64,000 bases of DNA, taken from assembly GCA_963761305.1 (NCBI GenBank), contig CAVXGK010000002.1:2848001-2912000 (forward strand), read 5' to 3'. Positions 29,503 through 40,471 of the stretch are shown here, one piece after another; the stretch's first letter is position 1, and every line of letters starts with the position of its first letter. The notes beneath the pieces are model-generated. The model was not told the origin of the DNA and made no database searches. It saw nothing but the letters and a program-made list of their open reading frames with translations. A program made the translations under genes and the position numbers. This DNA is from an uncultured Gemmatimonadaceae bacterium (lineage in GTDB: Bacteria; Gemmatimonadota; Gemmatimonadetes; Gemmatimonadales; Gemmatimonadaceae).

Positions 29503-31035
29503 TCAACTCCCCGAACGGCGGCCTCGAGAGGGCGGCCCGACTCCGACATCGAGAGTTGTTGCAGGACTTTCCACGCCGGTGCGACTCACCGCCGTCACGA
29601 CGACTCGTTTCGTTGCCGGATCCGTCAGGCGATGCTGCCTGAGCGACCCGGGTAACACTTCTGTCGTCCAGCTCGCTGCGCCGAGCGAACGGACGGTCCA
29701 CAGCCACACTCGCTGGTCCGGTGCCACGGTCAGGCGCACCAGCAGATCGCCGGTGGCCGAGTCGCGCGCCACGCGCGCCGTCGGCCGAGCGGGCGTGACG
29801 CCGCCGAGCCACGGCGACGCCGGGACGAGCGCCGGTTCGCGGTAGCGCGCGGCCAGCTTCTCATCGAGGCTGTCCGGGTCCTTCATGAGCGCCGTCATGT
29901 TGAAGTGGATGTGGCCTTCGTCGCGATCGCGCGAGCGCAGCGTGTCGATCTGGTCGGCGATCTCTTGTGCCGGTATGTGGGCCGCACCGGGATCGGTCAC
30001 GCGATAGTCGGCGAGCCCCGGCCACACGTGGCGATGTTGAGTGTTCTGTGACAACCACCAGTCGAGCAGCACCGGAAAGCTCTGTTCGGTTTGACGAATC
30101 GGCCAATAGAGCTGTGGCGCGAGGTAGTCGACCCACCCTTTCTCGAGCCACAGCTTCGAGTCGCCGTAGATCTGCGCGTACGCGTCGAGCCCGCGAATCT
30201 GCGGCGGGTTGCCGGGGCGCCAGATGCCGAACGGGCTGATCCCGACTCTGACCCACGGCTTGGCCGCGTGCACGGCGCGGTAGAGCGTGACGACCATCGA
30301 ATCGACGTTTGCACGCCGCCAATCCGGCTTCGCCAGCGTGCCGCCGGCTTTCTTATAGACGGCGAAGGTAGTGGCGTCGGGAAAATCCAGCGTGCGTCCG
30401 GCCGCGTCGGTTTCCGGATACGGATAGAAGTAGTCGTCGAGATGGACGCCGTCGATGTCGTAGCGCTTCACCACGTCCACGATCGCGCGAATGGTTCGCC
30501 GTTGTACCTCGGGGCTCCCCGGATCCATCCAGAGGAAGCGGCCGTATGGGCGAACGAGATCGGGACGCGTGCGCACGATGTGCGTTGCGGCGATTGCCGT
30601 GTCGCGCACGTAGGCCGCCCGATACGGATTGAACCACGCGTGCAACTCGAGGCCGCGTTTGTGCGCCGCGTCGACGGCGAACGCGAGCGGATCCCACGGC
30701 GGCTCCGGCGCGCGTCCCTGTCGCCCGGTGAGGAACTGCGACCATGGCTCGTAGGGCGACGCATAGAACGCGTCGCCGCCCGGCCGCACGTGAAGAATGA
30801 TCGCGTTCAGCCCGAGGCTCGTCGCCCGATCGAGAATCGTCAACAGCTCGCGCTGCTGATCCCAGGTGGACAGGCCCGGTTTGGACGGCCAATCCATGTT
30901 CCCGACCGTGGTGACCCACACGGCGCGAAACTCGCGCGGCACCGGCGGCGGTTCCTGTGCCGCGGCGGCCGCGGCGGCCGAGCTCAGCACGCCACTCAGC
31001 GCCACGGTGACGCACACAAAAAAAATCGAGCGCAT
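29503..31035 (-). CDS. Glycosyl hydrolase-like 10 (YddW/DigH family)
   Basis: REFRAVWV, DWPS, LELHAWFNPYR, YDIDGVHLDDYFYPY, ISPFGIWRPG, PQLYW. Confidence 0.9.
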   Translation of the reverse strand: MRSIFFVCVTVALSGVLSSAAAAAAAQEPPPVPREFRAVWVTTVGNMDWPSKPGLSTWDQQRELLTILDRATSLGLNAIILHVRPGGDAFYASPYEPWSQFLTGRQGRAPEPPWDPLAFAVDAAHKRGLELHAWFNPYRAAYVRDTAIAATHIVRTRPDLVRPYGRFLWMDPGSPEVQRRTIRAIVDVVKRYDIDGVHLDDYFYPYPETDAAGRTLDFPDATTFAVYKKAGGTLAKPDWRRANVDSMVVTLYRAVHAAKPWVRVGISPFGIWRPGNPPQIRGLDAYAQIYGDSKLWLEKGWVDYLAPQLYWPIRQTEQSFPVLLDWWLSQNTQHRHVWPGLADYRVTDPGAAHIPAQEIADQIDTLRSRDRDEGHIHFNMTALMKDPDSLDEKLAARYREPALVPASPWLGGVTPARPTARVARDSATGDLLVRLTVAPDQRVWLWTVRSLGAASWTTEVLPGSLRQHRLTDPATKRVVVTAVSRTGVESPATTLDVGVGPPSRGRRSGS

Positions 31036-31072
31036 ACTGCAAGCTATGCGCTCGAGCGCTGCTACTCGAAGC

Positions 31073-31906
31073 TCAGCGTTCTCGCGTCCAGAGGACGAGC
31101 GTGCCGCACCCTTGCTTGGTCTCGTTGTACTCGGGGGGCGCCGCCGCGCCGCCGGCGTAGTACTCTGCCGCCGCGAGATCGAGTCCATCCATCTTGGAGA
31201 AGTCCAGCGGCTGCATGCGCGTCGTAATGTCGTAAATCGTCACGCCATCTTCCACGACTTGCACGAAGCAATTGGGCTGCCTGCAACCCGCGAGCGCAGC
31301 GCCGGCGCACGGCTTTCGGGACGAAACCAGATACTCCTCGCCATGCGGTCCGTTGCTTCGCAGAATACCCGGAATGTGCGAGACCAGGATGTTGGCCAAC
31401 GTCTTCCCGTCGTCTTTGCGGAACTGGTCCTCGGTCACGAAATGGCCGAAGCCCATTTTCATGTGCTCCTCGAAGGTCCGGAGCCCACCGCCGATGTACT
31501 TGCTCGCCGTATCGTTCACGATGACAGGCGCGAGGGTCGTCGCATGCGCCAGGACCACTGTGACCGGCGCCGTATCCGCGGGTGAGATCGCCACCGTGAG
31601 CGTCTGCATCTCGTAACCCACCTTGCGAACACGCACCAGGCTCCCGCCGTCCGGCAGGAACATGAGGCTCACGGTCCCCGTTTTCGTGGTCAGGGCCTTG
31701 GTGCCGGTGAACGCGTCGATTACCTCGACGCCCTCGATCGGGTCGCCCGACGCCGCGTCGTACACGCCGAGGAACCGGTACCGGTACCTGTAATCCACGG
31801 GTTTCTTGGCGGCCCCCGTGTCGGCGGGAGGCTTCTGCGCCGCGACTAGCGGAGCCGCGATGGCCGCAAGAAGGGCGGCGCACCCGAACGCCATGAATGT
31901 TTTCAT
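31073..31906 (-). CDS. Secreted carboxypeptidase-regulatory-like domain protein with plug-like C-terminus
   Basis: Signal peptide; GVYDAASGDPIEG, RKVGY; ends CGTLVLWTRER. Confidence 0.7.
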   Translation of the reverse strand: MKTFMAFGCAALLAAIAAPLVAAQKPPADTGAAKKPVDYRYRYRFLGVYDAASGDPIEGVEVIDAFTGTKALTTKTGTVSLMFLPDGGSLVRVRKVGYEMQTLTVAISPADTAPVTVVLAHATTLAPVIVNDTASKYIGGGLRTFEEHMKMGFGHFVTEDQFRKDDGKTLANILVSHIPGILRSNGPHGEEYLVSSRKPCAGAALAGCRQPNCFVQVVEDGVTIYDITTRMQPLDFSKMDGLDLAAAEYYAGGAAAPPEYNETKQGCGTLVLWTRER

Positions 31907-31959
31907 AACCCGTCTAACCCCACGAAAGCCGTAACCGTCACGCGGCTATATTGATACGC

Positions 31960-33771
31960 ATGGCCAAGTACGACAAGACCCGCGCATGGAAAGAAGCCAA
32001 AGAGCTGGTTGCCGAGCACAAGATGTCGCTGGCGATCGGCTTCGGGCTGATGCTGATAAACCGCGTCGCCGGATTGGTGCTCCCGTTCACGTCGAAGTTC
32101 CTCGTCGACGACGTGATCACGAAGAAGCAAACCGACCTGCTGATGCCGCTCGCCGCCTTCGCCGTCGTCATGACAGTCATTCAAGGCGGCACGTCGTTCG
32201 CCCTGTCCCAGGTCGTCAGCATCGCGGCACAACGGGCGATCACCGAGATGCGCAAGCGCGTGCAAGCCCACGTGCTGCGGCTGCCGATCTCGTACTTCGA
32301 TTCGACCAAGACCGGCGTTCTCATCTCGCGCGTAATGACCGACGCCGAAGGCGTGCGCAATCTGGTCGGTACCGGACTCATCCAGCTCGTGGGGAGCGTG
32401 CTGACCGCCGTCATGTCGCTCGCCGTGCTGTTCTACGTGAACTGGAAGCTCACCAGCGCCACGCTCGTTCTACTCGCCATTTTCGGCGTCATGATGACGG
32501 TGGCGTTCAACCGCCTGCGCCCGCTCTTCCGCGAGCGCGGCGCGATCAACGCCGAAGTGACGGGCCGCCTCACCGAGACGATCGGCGGCGTGCGACTCGT
32601 GAAGATCTACGTCGCGGAACCGCGGGAGCGTCTCGTGTTCGCTCGCGGCGTGCACAAGCTGTTTCGTAACGTCGCCAAGACGATCACCGGCACGTCGGTC
32701 GTGGGCGCCGGGACGGCCGTCCTCACCGGATTGATCGGCGTCCTGCTCATCGTCATCGGCGGTCCGTCGGTGCTCAACGGATCGATGACGCTCGGTGAAA
32801 TGTTCATGTACGTGTTTTTCATCGGACTCCTCGCCGCCCCGCTCGTGCAGATGGCGTCTATCGGCACGCAGGTGAGCGAAGCGTTCGCCGGTCTCGATCG
32901 CATCGCCGAGATCCGCGCGATGACGACGGAGGACGAAGCCGACGCCGACAAGGAGACGGTGAACGACATCGACGGCAACGTCGAGTTCCAAGACGTCTCG
33001 TTCGAGTACGTGCCCGACGTACCGGTGCTGAAGCACGTGTCGTTCTCCGCGGAAGCCGGCTCCACCACGGCGCTGGTGGGCTCGAGCGGCTCGGGCAAGA
33101 GCACGCTCATTGGCTTGATCATGGCGTTCAACCATCCTAAGAGCGGTCGCGTGCTGGTCGACGGCAAGGACATCGCCAACGTCAAGCTGCGCGACTATCG
33201 CTCGCATGTGGGCGTCGTGATGCAGGACAACTTCCTCTTCGATGGCACCGTCCGCGAAAACATCGCGTTCAGCAAGCCGGGTGCGACCGACGAGGAGGTT
33301 CGGACCGCCGCCCACATCGCCCACTGCGACGAGTTCGTGGATCGCTTCGAAAAGGGATACGACACCATCGTCGGCGAACGCGGCGTGAAGCTCTCGGGCG
33401 GACAACGTCAGCGCGTCGCCATCGCGCGCGCCGTCCTCGCCGATCCGAGAATTCTCATCCTCGACGAGGCCACGTCGAGCCTGGACAGCGAGAGCGAAGC
33501 GATGATCCGCGACGGCCTCCGCTCGCTTCGGCGCGGCCGCACGACGTTCGTCATCGCACACCGGCTGTCGACGATCGAGAGCGCCGACCAGATCCTCGTG
33601 ATCGAAAACGGTGAGATCGTCGAGCGCGGCTCGCACCGCCAACTTCTCGCGCTCGGCGGTCGCTATCGCTCGCTCTATGAGCGGCAGTACGGCGCGGAAA
33701 AGGACGAGTACATCAATCCCGGCGAAGACTTCCTCTCCGTCGCCGGGAAAGACGTCGTGCGCAAGATGTAG
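31960..33771 (+). CDS. ABC exporter, fused permease/ATP-binding (MsbA-like)
   Basis: GSSGSGKST, LSGGQRQR, ILDEATS, IAHRLST; N-terminal TM domain. Confidence 0.95.
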   Translation: MAKYDKTRAWKEAKELVAEHKMSLAIGFGLMLINRVAGLVLPFTSKFLVDDVITKKQTDLLMPLAAFAVVMTVIQGGTSFALSQVVSIAAQRAITEMRKRVQAHVLRLPISYFDSTKTGVLISRVMTDAEGVRNLVGTGLIQLVGSVLTAVMSLAVLFYVNWKLTSATLVLLAIFGVMMTVAFNRLRPLFRERGAINAEVTGRLTETIGGVRLVKIYVAEPRERLVFARGVHKLFRNVAKTITGTSVVGAGTAVLTGLIGVLLIVIGGPSVLNGSMTLGEMFMYVFFIGLLAAPLVQMASIGTQVSEAFAGLDRIAEIRAMTTEDEADADKETVNDIDGNVEFQDVSFEYVPDVPVLKHVSFSAEAGSTTALVGSSGSGKSTLIGLIMAFNHPKSGRVLVDGKDIANVKLRDYRSHVGVVMQDNFLFDGTVRENIAFSKPGATDEEVRTAAHIAHCDEFVDRFEKGYDTIVGERGVKLSGGQRQRVAIARAVLADPRILILDEATSSLDSESEAMIRDGLRSLRRGRTTFVIAHRLSTIESADQILVIENGEIVERGSHRQLLALGGRYRSLYERQYGAEKDEYINPGEDFLSVAGKDVVRKM

Positions 33772-33821
33772 CGTCCGGCGCGTGGCCGTAGATTGTCGAG
33801 TTCCCACCCACACACGTCCAC

Positions 33822-34628
33822 ATGCTGTTGCCACTGCTGTCTTCCGTATTCGTAATTCTGACGACGCCGAACGCCGGCGCATTTCGCGCGGCGCCGGAGG
33901 ACAGCCTCCACTGTGCCCCCGGCGAGCAGCGCATCGAGATCAGCGCCGCGACGCTCGCCGACGGCCGGCGTCTCCCGTTCGCCGTCGGCGAGCAGCTGCA
34001 ATACACGCCCTACTTCGGCCGACTGCGCGTCCCCGGGCTCGGTGAGATGCGGTTGATCGCGCGCGACACCGTCCGCGGGCATCTGGCGTGGAAGTCGGTG
34101 TTCACCACCGACGGCGGCATCCCCGGCGCGCACGTTCACGACACGACGATGAGTTGGTTCGACTCGGTCACATTCAGCTCGTTGCGATTCGTGCAGAACG
34201 TGCACGATCCCGGATATCACGCGAATCGCGACACGCAGATCTTCCCCGACGAGAAGATCTATCGAACGAAGGATGGCGTGACGCATCCGTCGGCGGCCGA
34301 TCCGCTCGACGACATGTCGCTCGTGTACCTCGTGCGCACGCTGCCGCTCGAGCCGGGACAATGCTACGTGCTCAGCCGGTATTTCAAAACGGAGAGCAAC
34401 CCGGTCGTGATTCACGTCGTCCGTCGCGACACCGTGAACGTCCCCGCCGGCCGCTTCCCGGCGATTCTGTTGCGTCCCGAGATCAAGACGACGGGAATCT
34501 TCTCGGAGAACGGGCACGCCGAACTGTGGCTCGCCGACGATTCGACCCGAACCGTTCTGCAACTGAACACGAGCCTCAAGTTCGGATCGATCAGCCTTCG
34601 ACTGCGTCACGTCGGGCACGATCAATAG
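33822..34628 (+). CDS. DUF3108-like secreted protein
   Basis: PFAVGEQLQY, VNVPAGRF, LWLADD motifs. Confidence 0.65.
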   Translation: MLLPLLSSVFVILTTPNAGAFRAAPEDSLHCAPGEQRIEISAATLADGRRLPFAVGEQLQYTPYFGRLRVPGLGEMRLIARDTVRGHLAWKSVFTTDGGIPGAHVHDTTMSWFDSVTFSSLRFVQNVHDPGYHANRDTQIFPDEKIYRTKDGVTHPSAADPLDDMSLVYLVRTLPLEPGQCYVLSRYFKTESNPVVIHVVRRDTVNVPAGRFPAILLRPEIKTTGIFSENGHAELWLADDSTRTVLQLNTSLKFGSISLRLRHVGHDQ

Positions 34629-34792
34629 GGATTGACCAGGGCGGCGTCGGCGAATTCGGCGCGCGCGGCCGCGTTAAGACATCTAAACGCGATCTATGCG
34701 GTCCCTCACACCGGAGGAAGTTCCCAACCCCGGACGCCGGCCGCGCGTAGAGAGGATGTCCAATCAATCTGCGAACACCCCGAGGGCGTCCC

Positions 34793-37700
34793 GTGTCACC
34801 TCGCAGCTCCATATCACTGTTTCTCGTTCTCCTCCTCGGCGCATTTGCTCCGACTCGACTGCACGCTCAGGGCGACGCCGACATCATTCGTGGCCGCGTC
34901 ACGGGCCCGGATAAGAAGCCCGTCGAGAACGTCACCGTCACGGCGACGTCGCTTGTAAACCAGACGTCGCGCACCGCCAAGACCAACGCCGACGGCCGCT
35001 TCTCGATCATCTTCAACGGCGGCGGCGGCGACTACATGATGGCGTACATCGCCATCGGCTTCGCGCCGACGCGATTCGAGGTCAAGCGCGAGGTCGATGA
35101 GGATATTCTCATCGCCGACGCGTCAGTCAGCAAGACGGCCGTGTCGCTGGAGGCCGTGCGGGTCAACGCCGGGCGCGAGCGCCCCGACCGCAACGGCAAT
35201 TCCCTCGACGTCGGCGGCCGCGACCAGGCCGTCAACACGAACAACGTACCGATCGACATTCTCGGCGACCTGTCCGCGATGGCGGCGACGCTGCCCGGCG
35301 TCACGCTCATCCCCGGCGCCGACGGCGCTGCCAACGGGTTCTCCGTGCTCGGCCTCGGTGCCGACCAGAACAACATCACCCTGAACGGCCTGAACTTCGC
35401 CGGCACCGACCTGCCGCGCGACGCGACGACGCAGCAGCGCGTCACGACGTCCAGCTTCGACCCCTCGCGCGGCGGATTCTCCGGCGCGCAGATCTCCCTG
35501 CGAACGAACAGCGGCACCAATTACGTCACGCGATCGCTCCATCAAACGGTCGACGCGCCGAGTCTGCAGTACACCGACGCCGTCGGGCGAGCGCTCGGAA
35601 CGCAGTTCACGAATCTGCAGTTCAGCGGCAACGCCGCGGGTCCATTTCAACTCGACAAGTCCTTCTATTCGATGTCCTGGCAGGTCGGGCAACGGACCAG
35701 CACCCTCGAGGACTTGCTGAATCTGAGCGGCGACCAACTCGCCCTCGAACGCCTCGGCGTGTCAGGAGACTCGGTGCAGCGTCTGATCGGTCTGCTGAAC
35801 CAGGCCAACATTCCGCTGACGACGAACGGGATCCCCAGCTCGAAGCTGACGCGGAACGGGTCCTTCCTGACCAGCCTCGACTTCGCACCGAGCGGTGGGC
35901 ATTTCTTCAACATCACGGCGAACGGCCGTTGGCAGGGCCAGGACGGTGCCAGCGTCACCAACACCGCCGTCCCCGATCACGGCGGTGACAGGCGCACCTA
36001 TGGAGGCACGCTCCAGGGGCGGCACTCGACGTATTTCCTCGACAACTTCCTCGACAACACCAGCGCCTCGATTCAGGAGAGCGTGACCCAGGGCAATCCG
36101 TACATCGAGCTGCCATCGGCGACAGTGCGCGTCAACTCGGATTTCTCGGACGGAACCGCCGGGGTGTCGAACCTGCTGTTCGGTGGCAGCACGAGTTTGC
36201 CGACCGATTCGCACCAGTTGAACACCGAGTTGCAGAACGAATTGTCGTGGATCAGCCTCGACAACAAGCACCGCTACAAGTTCGGTCTCGATCTCCGATA
36301 CAATCGCTACTCGCAGGACAACACGGCGAATCGGTTCGGCACGTACACGTACAACTCGATTGAGGATTTCGAGGATGGCGTGCCGGCGAGCTTCAGCCGG
36401 CGGCTCCAGGTGAACGAGCGGCTCGGTGACGACCTCGGGGCCTCGTCGTGGCTCGGCGACGCATGGCGTCCCGCGCAGCGATTCCAGGTGACGTATGGCG
36501 TGCGCGTCGACGCGTCGCACTTCCAGGGCAATCCCGACTTCAACCCGGCGATCGATTCGGCATTCAAGCTCCGGAACGACGCGGTACCGCGCGGCGTGTA
36601 CGTCAGTCCGCGCCTCGGTTTCAGCTGGACTTACGGGACCAACCCGCAGATCGGCGGCTTCCAGGGCGCGCAGCGCGGATCGCGCGGGCAGATCAGCGGC
36701 GGCATCGGCCAGTTCCAAAATTTGCCGAGCTCTCCGCTGATCGCTGCTGCCGTCGATCAGACCGGGCTTCCGGCGGCGGCGCAGCAGCTGAGTTGCATCG
36801 GCGGCGCCGTGCCGACGCCGGATTGGCTTCAGTATCTCGGGAACACGGGCATGATTCCGAGCACGTGCGCGGGCGACCTTTCGACGTTCTCGAGCACGGT
36901 ACCAAACGTCGCGCTCTTCTCGAAGGACTACATCCCGCAGCGCAGCTGGCGCGCGAACCTCAACTGGAACGCGCCGATTCTCGACAACACGTTCCGGCTC
37001 ACCAGCGCGGCCACGTACTCGCTCAACCTGAATCAGCAGAGCCAGGTCGACGTCAACTTCGACCAGGCCCCTGTCTTCACGCTGGCGGCCGAGGGAGGCC
37101 GTCCGATCTACGTCGATCCGGCCAGCATCTTCCCGACCACGGGCACGCCGATCCAGACCACCTCTCGCGTGTCGCCCGAGTTCGCGAACGTGACGGACTA
37201 CTTGTCGGACCTCCGCTCGCACACGACGCAGTTCAGCGTCGGCCTCTCGCCGGTCGCGTTCAACTCGGCGTTCCAGTGGAGCGTGACCTACGTCTGGCAA
37301 AAGATCGTCGATGAACAGCGCGGCTTCGCCGGTGGCAATACGGGGGGCGACCCGGATCTCGTGCAGTGGGCGCGCGGCAACATGGATGCGCGTCACCAGA
37401 TCACGTACAACATCGGCTACACGTTCCACCAGGCGGTCAGCGTCGTCGCGCTCGGACGCGTCCAGTCGGGCAATCCGTTCACGCCGATGGTCGCGACCGA
37501 CATCAACGGCGACGGCTATGCGAACGATCGCGCGTTCATCTACGATCCGTCGAAGGTCGCCGACTCGGCGCTCGCGACCGGCATGAAGAACCTGTTGGCG
37601 ACGGCGCCCGCCTCGGTGCGCTCGTGCCTCGAGAGCCAGATCAACTCCATCGCCGGCCGCAACAGCTGCTCGGCGCCGTGGTACACGACGCTGAGCCTGC

Positions 37701-38470
37701 GCATCTCGCTCGTCTCACAGGCGATGAAGATTCCCGATCGCGCCACGATCTCGCTCGGCATCGCGAATCCGCTGACCGGAATCGACGCGCTGGTTCACGG
37801 CTCCAACAACCTTCACGGATGGGGCGCGCCGTCGTTGGCCGACCCGAACTTGCTGTTCGTCCGCGGCTTCGACCCGACGACCAATCAGTACGAATACACG
37901 GTCAATCCGCGCTTCGGCGCCAACCGGCAGGCGACGGCGGCCCTGCTGGCGCCGACGCAGCTCACACTCGACGTCAAGGTCGACGTCGGACCGGAGCGCG
38001 AGGAACAGGATCTGTTCCTCCGCCTGCGCCCGGGACGCTCGGGTAAGGGCAACAGGCTCACGGCCGATCAGATCAAGGTACAGTACGAGCGCACCTACCC
38101 GAACCCGTTCGAGCAGATGCTTCGCCAGCAGGACTCGCTCGGCTTGAGCAACGAGATCGCTGACAGCATCGCGACGCTCAACAAGGCCTACGGCAGGGTG
38201 ATCGACTCGATCTGGACACCGGTCTCGACGTACCTCGCCGGCCTGGAGGACAAGTACGACCTCAACGCCGCGTACTCGAAGGTGAGCGAGGCAGAGAACA
38301 AGTCGCTCGACCAGATGGCGATCTACGGCCCGGCCGCCAAACAGTTGTTGACCCCGGAGCAAGTTCGCAAGCTTCCGCCCTTCATCGCGCTGTTCCTCGA
38401 CAACCAGGCGATTCGCCAGGTTCGGCCCGGCAGGGCAGGTGGAGGAAGAGGCGGATTCTTCGGCGGGTGA
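34793..38470 (+). CDS. TonB-dependent receptor-like outer membrane protein (carboxypeptidase-regulatory-like N-terminus)
   Basis: Signal peptide, TLPGV, NITLNG, FDPSRGGFSG, YGVRVD, SPRLGFSW, DINGDG.ND. Confidence 0.8.
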   Translation: MSPRSSISLFLVLLLGAFAPTRLHAQGDADIIRGRVTGPDKKPVENVTVTATSLVNQTSRTAKTNADGRFSIIFNGGGGDYMMAYIAIGFAPTRFEVKREVDEDILIADASVSKTAVSLEAVRVNAGRERPDRNGNSLDVGGRDQAVNTNNVPIDILGDLSAMAATLPGVTLIPGADGAANGFSVLGLGADQNNITLNGLNFAGTDLPRDATTQQRVTTSSFDPSRGGFSGAQISLRTNSGTNYVTRSLHQTVDAPSLQYTDAVGRALGTQFTNLQFSGNAAGPFQLDKSFYSMSWQVGQRTSTLEDLLNLSGDQLALERLGVSGDSVQRLIGLLNQANIPLTTNGIPSSKLTRNGSFLTSLDFAPSGGHFFNITANGRWQGQDGASVTNTAVPDHGGDRRTYGGTLQGRHSTYFLDNFLDNTSASIQESVTQGNPYIELPSATVRVNSDFSDGTAGVSNLLFGGSTSLPTDSHQLNTELQNELSWISLDNKHRYKFGLDLRYNRYSQDNTANRFGTYTYNSIEDFEDGVPASFSRRLQVNERLGDDLGASSWLGDAWRPAQRFQVTYGVRVDASHFQGNPDFNPAIDSAFKLRNDAVPRGVYVSPRLGFSWTYGTNPQIGGFQGAQRGSRGQISGGIGQFQNLPSSPLIAAAVDQTGLPAAAQQLSCIGGAVPTPDWLQYLGNTGMIPSTCAGDLSTFSSTVPNVALFSKDYIPQRSWRANLNWNAPILDNTFRLTSAATYSLNLNQQSQVDVNFDQAPVFTLAAEGGRPIYVDPASIFPTTGTPIQTTSRVSPEFANVTDYLSDLRSHTTQFSVGLSPVAFNSAFQWSVTYVWQKIVDEQRGFAGGNTGGDPDLVQWARGNMDARHQITYNIGYTFHQAVSVVALGRVQSGNPFTPMVATDINGDGYANDRAFIYDPSKVADSALATGMKNLLATAPASVRSCLESQINSIAGRNSCSAPWYTTLSLRISLVSQAMKIPDRATISLGIANPLTGIDALVHGSNNLHGWGAPSLADPNLLFVRGFDPTTNQYEYTVNPRFGANRQATAALLAPTQLTLDVKVDVGPEREEQDLFLRLRPGRSGKGNRLTADQIKVQYERTYPNPFEQMLRQQDSLGLSNEIADSIATLNKAYGRVIDSIWTPVSTYLAGLEDKYDLNAAYSKVSEAENKSLDQMAIYGPAAKQLLTPEQVRKLPPFIALFLDNQAIRQVRPGRAGGGRGGFFGG

Positions 38471-38489
38471 CGTCGGGAAGTGCGATCAG

Positions 38490-38526
38490 AAAAGCGGCGC
38501 CGTCTTGCGACGGCGCGGTTTTTTTT
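38490..38526. terminator. Rho-independent terminator between convergent genes
   Basis: AAAA..GCGCCGTC-TTGC-GACGGCGC..TTTTTTTT. Confidence 0.8.
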
Positions 38527-38552
38527 CGTGAGTCCCCGGCCACTCGTGAGCA

Positions 38553-39836
38553 CTATTTGACGAGCGTGGCTCCTGTCAGCATCGCGATCGCCGCCAGCGT
38601 CGTCTGCGCCGCGTTCAATCCGAGCCGAAAGTCCTTGTCGTTGTACGTCGCGAAGAGATCCGTCGGCTGGTGCCACTGCGGATCCCACCCCGCGCCGATT
38701 TGTTCGCCGCGCTCGTTCTCGCGCAGCGAGATCGCCGGGACGAGATCCTGAAACGGCCCCGAGTCCGTGTTGGTCATGTGCTGGCCGACGCGTGCCGGAT
38801 AATCCGTGGCGTACTTCTCGTTCGCCGTCTGGAAGAACCACGCGAGCTTCTGCGCCCCCTCGGCCTGCTTCGACGTCACTTGGAATTCGACGTTGACGTC
38901 GGCCTCGGGACGCTGCTCCGGACTCATCGTGCCGTCGGCGCGCGGCATGCCGTGGTCGAACATCAGCATGTCGTGCTGAATCATGCCGAGCCATTTCGGC
39001 TCGGGGTATTTGCCGGAGCCCGGCGGATTCTCCTTGCCCTGCAGCGAATCGCGCTGGGCGACGTAGGCGCGCGCGCCGTTCGTGCCCGTCTCCTCGTTGT
39101 TCCACAAGATGAAGCGGATGCTGCGATCCGTCTTCACGTCCGGGCTGCTGAACACGCGCGCCACTTCCATCACGAGCGCGGTGCCGGAGCCGTCGTCGTT
39201 CGCCGCTTCACCCCAGCCGATGCCGTCCATGTGGCCGCCGACGATGTACATCTCGTTCGGATGCGTCGTGCCGACCTTGGTGCAGAAGACTTCCTGCCGC
39301 TCGCCGTCGACCGACTGCGGCGTGTCGAGCGCGCGGAGCTTGGGATCCGGCTGCTTGAGAGAGTCGGTGTTGACACCTGTCGGCAGGCGAATGCCACGCA
39401 GGCGCCCCCCGCCTTGCGCCGTGTTGCCGCGGCCGCGGCCGCCTCCACCACCCGCGCGTCCTCGGCCGCCGGTGGTGTCGCCAGGCGCGCCACTGCGCCC
39501 GCGGGCCGGCGGAGCGACGTACGTGTAGGTGATTCGCTCGGTCGGCGTGCAGCCGTAGCTCTTGAGCTGCGCCTGGATCCAATCGACTGCCTGGCGATTG
39601 CGCTCGGTGCCTTGGCGGCGATCGCCGAACTGGGTCAGGCCTTTGACCGTCGCCTTGTACTTCTGGAGGTCGAGCCGCGCCACCATCAGCCGAACTGGAT
39701 CGTTCAGCGTGTCGGGAGGCGCCTGGTTGGCGCCGGGCTGTTGCGCGTGTGCGCGCGTCGGGGCGAGAGCGAAGGACGCGGCGGCGACCGCGAGGATCGC
39801 GGTCCGTTTACTCTGAGTGCGAACGAGGGTGCTCAT
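38553..39836 (-). CDS. M28 family peptidase, secreted
   Basis: GGHMD, ANDDGSG, NNEETG, QHD, WHQPTD. Confidence 0.88.
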   Translation of the reverse strand: MSTLVRTQSKRTAILAVAAASFALAPTRAHAQQPGANQAPPDTLNDPVRLMVARLDLQKYKATVKGLTQFGDRRQGTERNRQAVDWIQAQLKSYGCTPTERITYTYVAPPARGRSGAPGDTTGGRGRAGGGGGRGRGNTAQGGGRLRGIRLPTGVNTDSLKQPDPKLRALDTPQSVDGERQEVFCTKVGTTHPNEMYIVGGHMDGIGWGEAANDDGSGTALVMEVARVFSSPDVKTDRSIRFILWNNEETGTNGARAYVAQRDSLQGKENPPGSGKYPEPKWLGMIQHDMLMFDHGMPRADGTMSPEQRPEADVNVEFQVTSKQAEGAQKLAWFFQTANEKYATDYPARVGQHMTNTDSGPFQDLVPAISLRENERGEQIGAGWDPQWHQPTDLFATYNDKDFRLGLNAAQTTLAAIAMLTGATLVK

Positions 39837-39895
39837 GGTCTCGGCGGATTGGACGCCGGATCATGAGCACCCTCGCTACAGCGTGCAAGTAGTGC

Positions 39896-40471
39896 TTAGC
39901 GACGACGGCCACGCTGCGGCCCGTCGTCGTTCCCGCCGACCTGAAAGGACAGGCCGACGCGAAGCTCGTTCGTTCGCGGCGGCGCGTCCTGGGCCGTGGG
40001 CAGCACGTACTCCGTCATGCGCCAGCGCGCTTCACCGAACAGCTCGACCGCGCGGGTGATCGGCAGGTTGGCGCCGAAGCCGTAGCTCCAGTCGGTGCGC
40101 GTCGTGGTGTTCACGACGTTCTGGACCCCCTCGACGCCCACGCCCGTGAACACGAACGGGGTGATCGAGCGGGACCCGCCGAACAGAAACATGGCGTCCG
40201 CGTCCGCGCCCCACGGGCGCATGTCGGTCGAGTAGGCCGCCGAGGCGTTCAGGTTCTGAAGAGCGAGGTTACCGCTGGCACGGAACGCCAATCCGCTGTT
40301 TCCGCCGAGCGTCAGCGCGAGACCGGCGAGCGGGCTGGCGCCCGTCGACGGCAGGAACGACACGAACGGCGAGATGGCGAGGTTGGATTGCTGCGCAGAC
40401 GCCGCGACGACCGGGGCGGCGATGCCGGCCAGGAGAAGCTGCGGCAGCCGGAAAGTGATGGATCGATTCAC
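39896..40471 (-). CDS. Small outer membrane beta-barrel protein
   Basis: GTG start with GGAG; signal peptide; TPFVFTGVG, YGFGAN, ELRVGLSF strands. Confidence 0.7.
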   Translation of the reverse strand: MNRSITFRLPQLLLAGIAAPVVAASAQQSNLAISPFVSFLPSTGASPLAGLALTLGGNSGLAFRASGNLALQNLNASAAYSTDMRPWGADADAMFLFGGSRSITPFVFTGVGVEGVQNVVNTTTRTDWSYGFGANLPITRAVELFGEARWRMTEYVLPTAQDAPPRTNELRVGLSFQVGGNDDGPQRGRRR

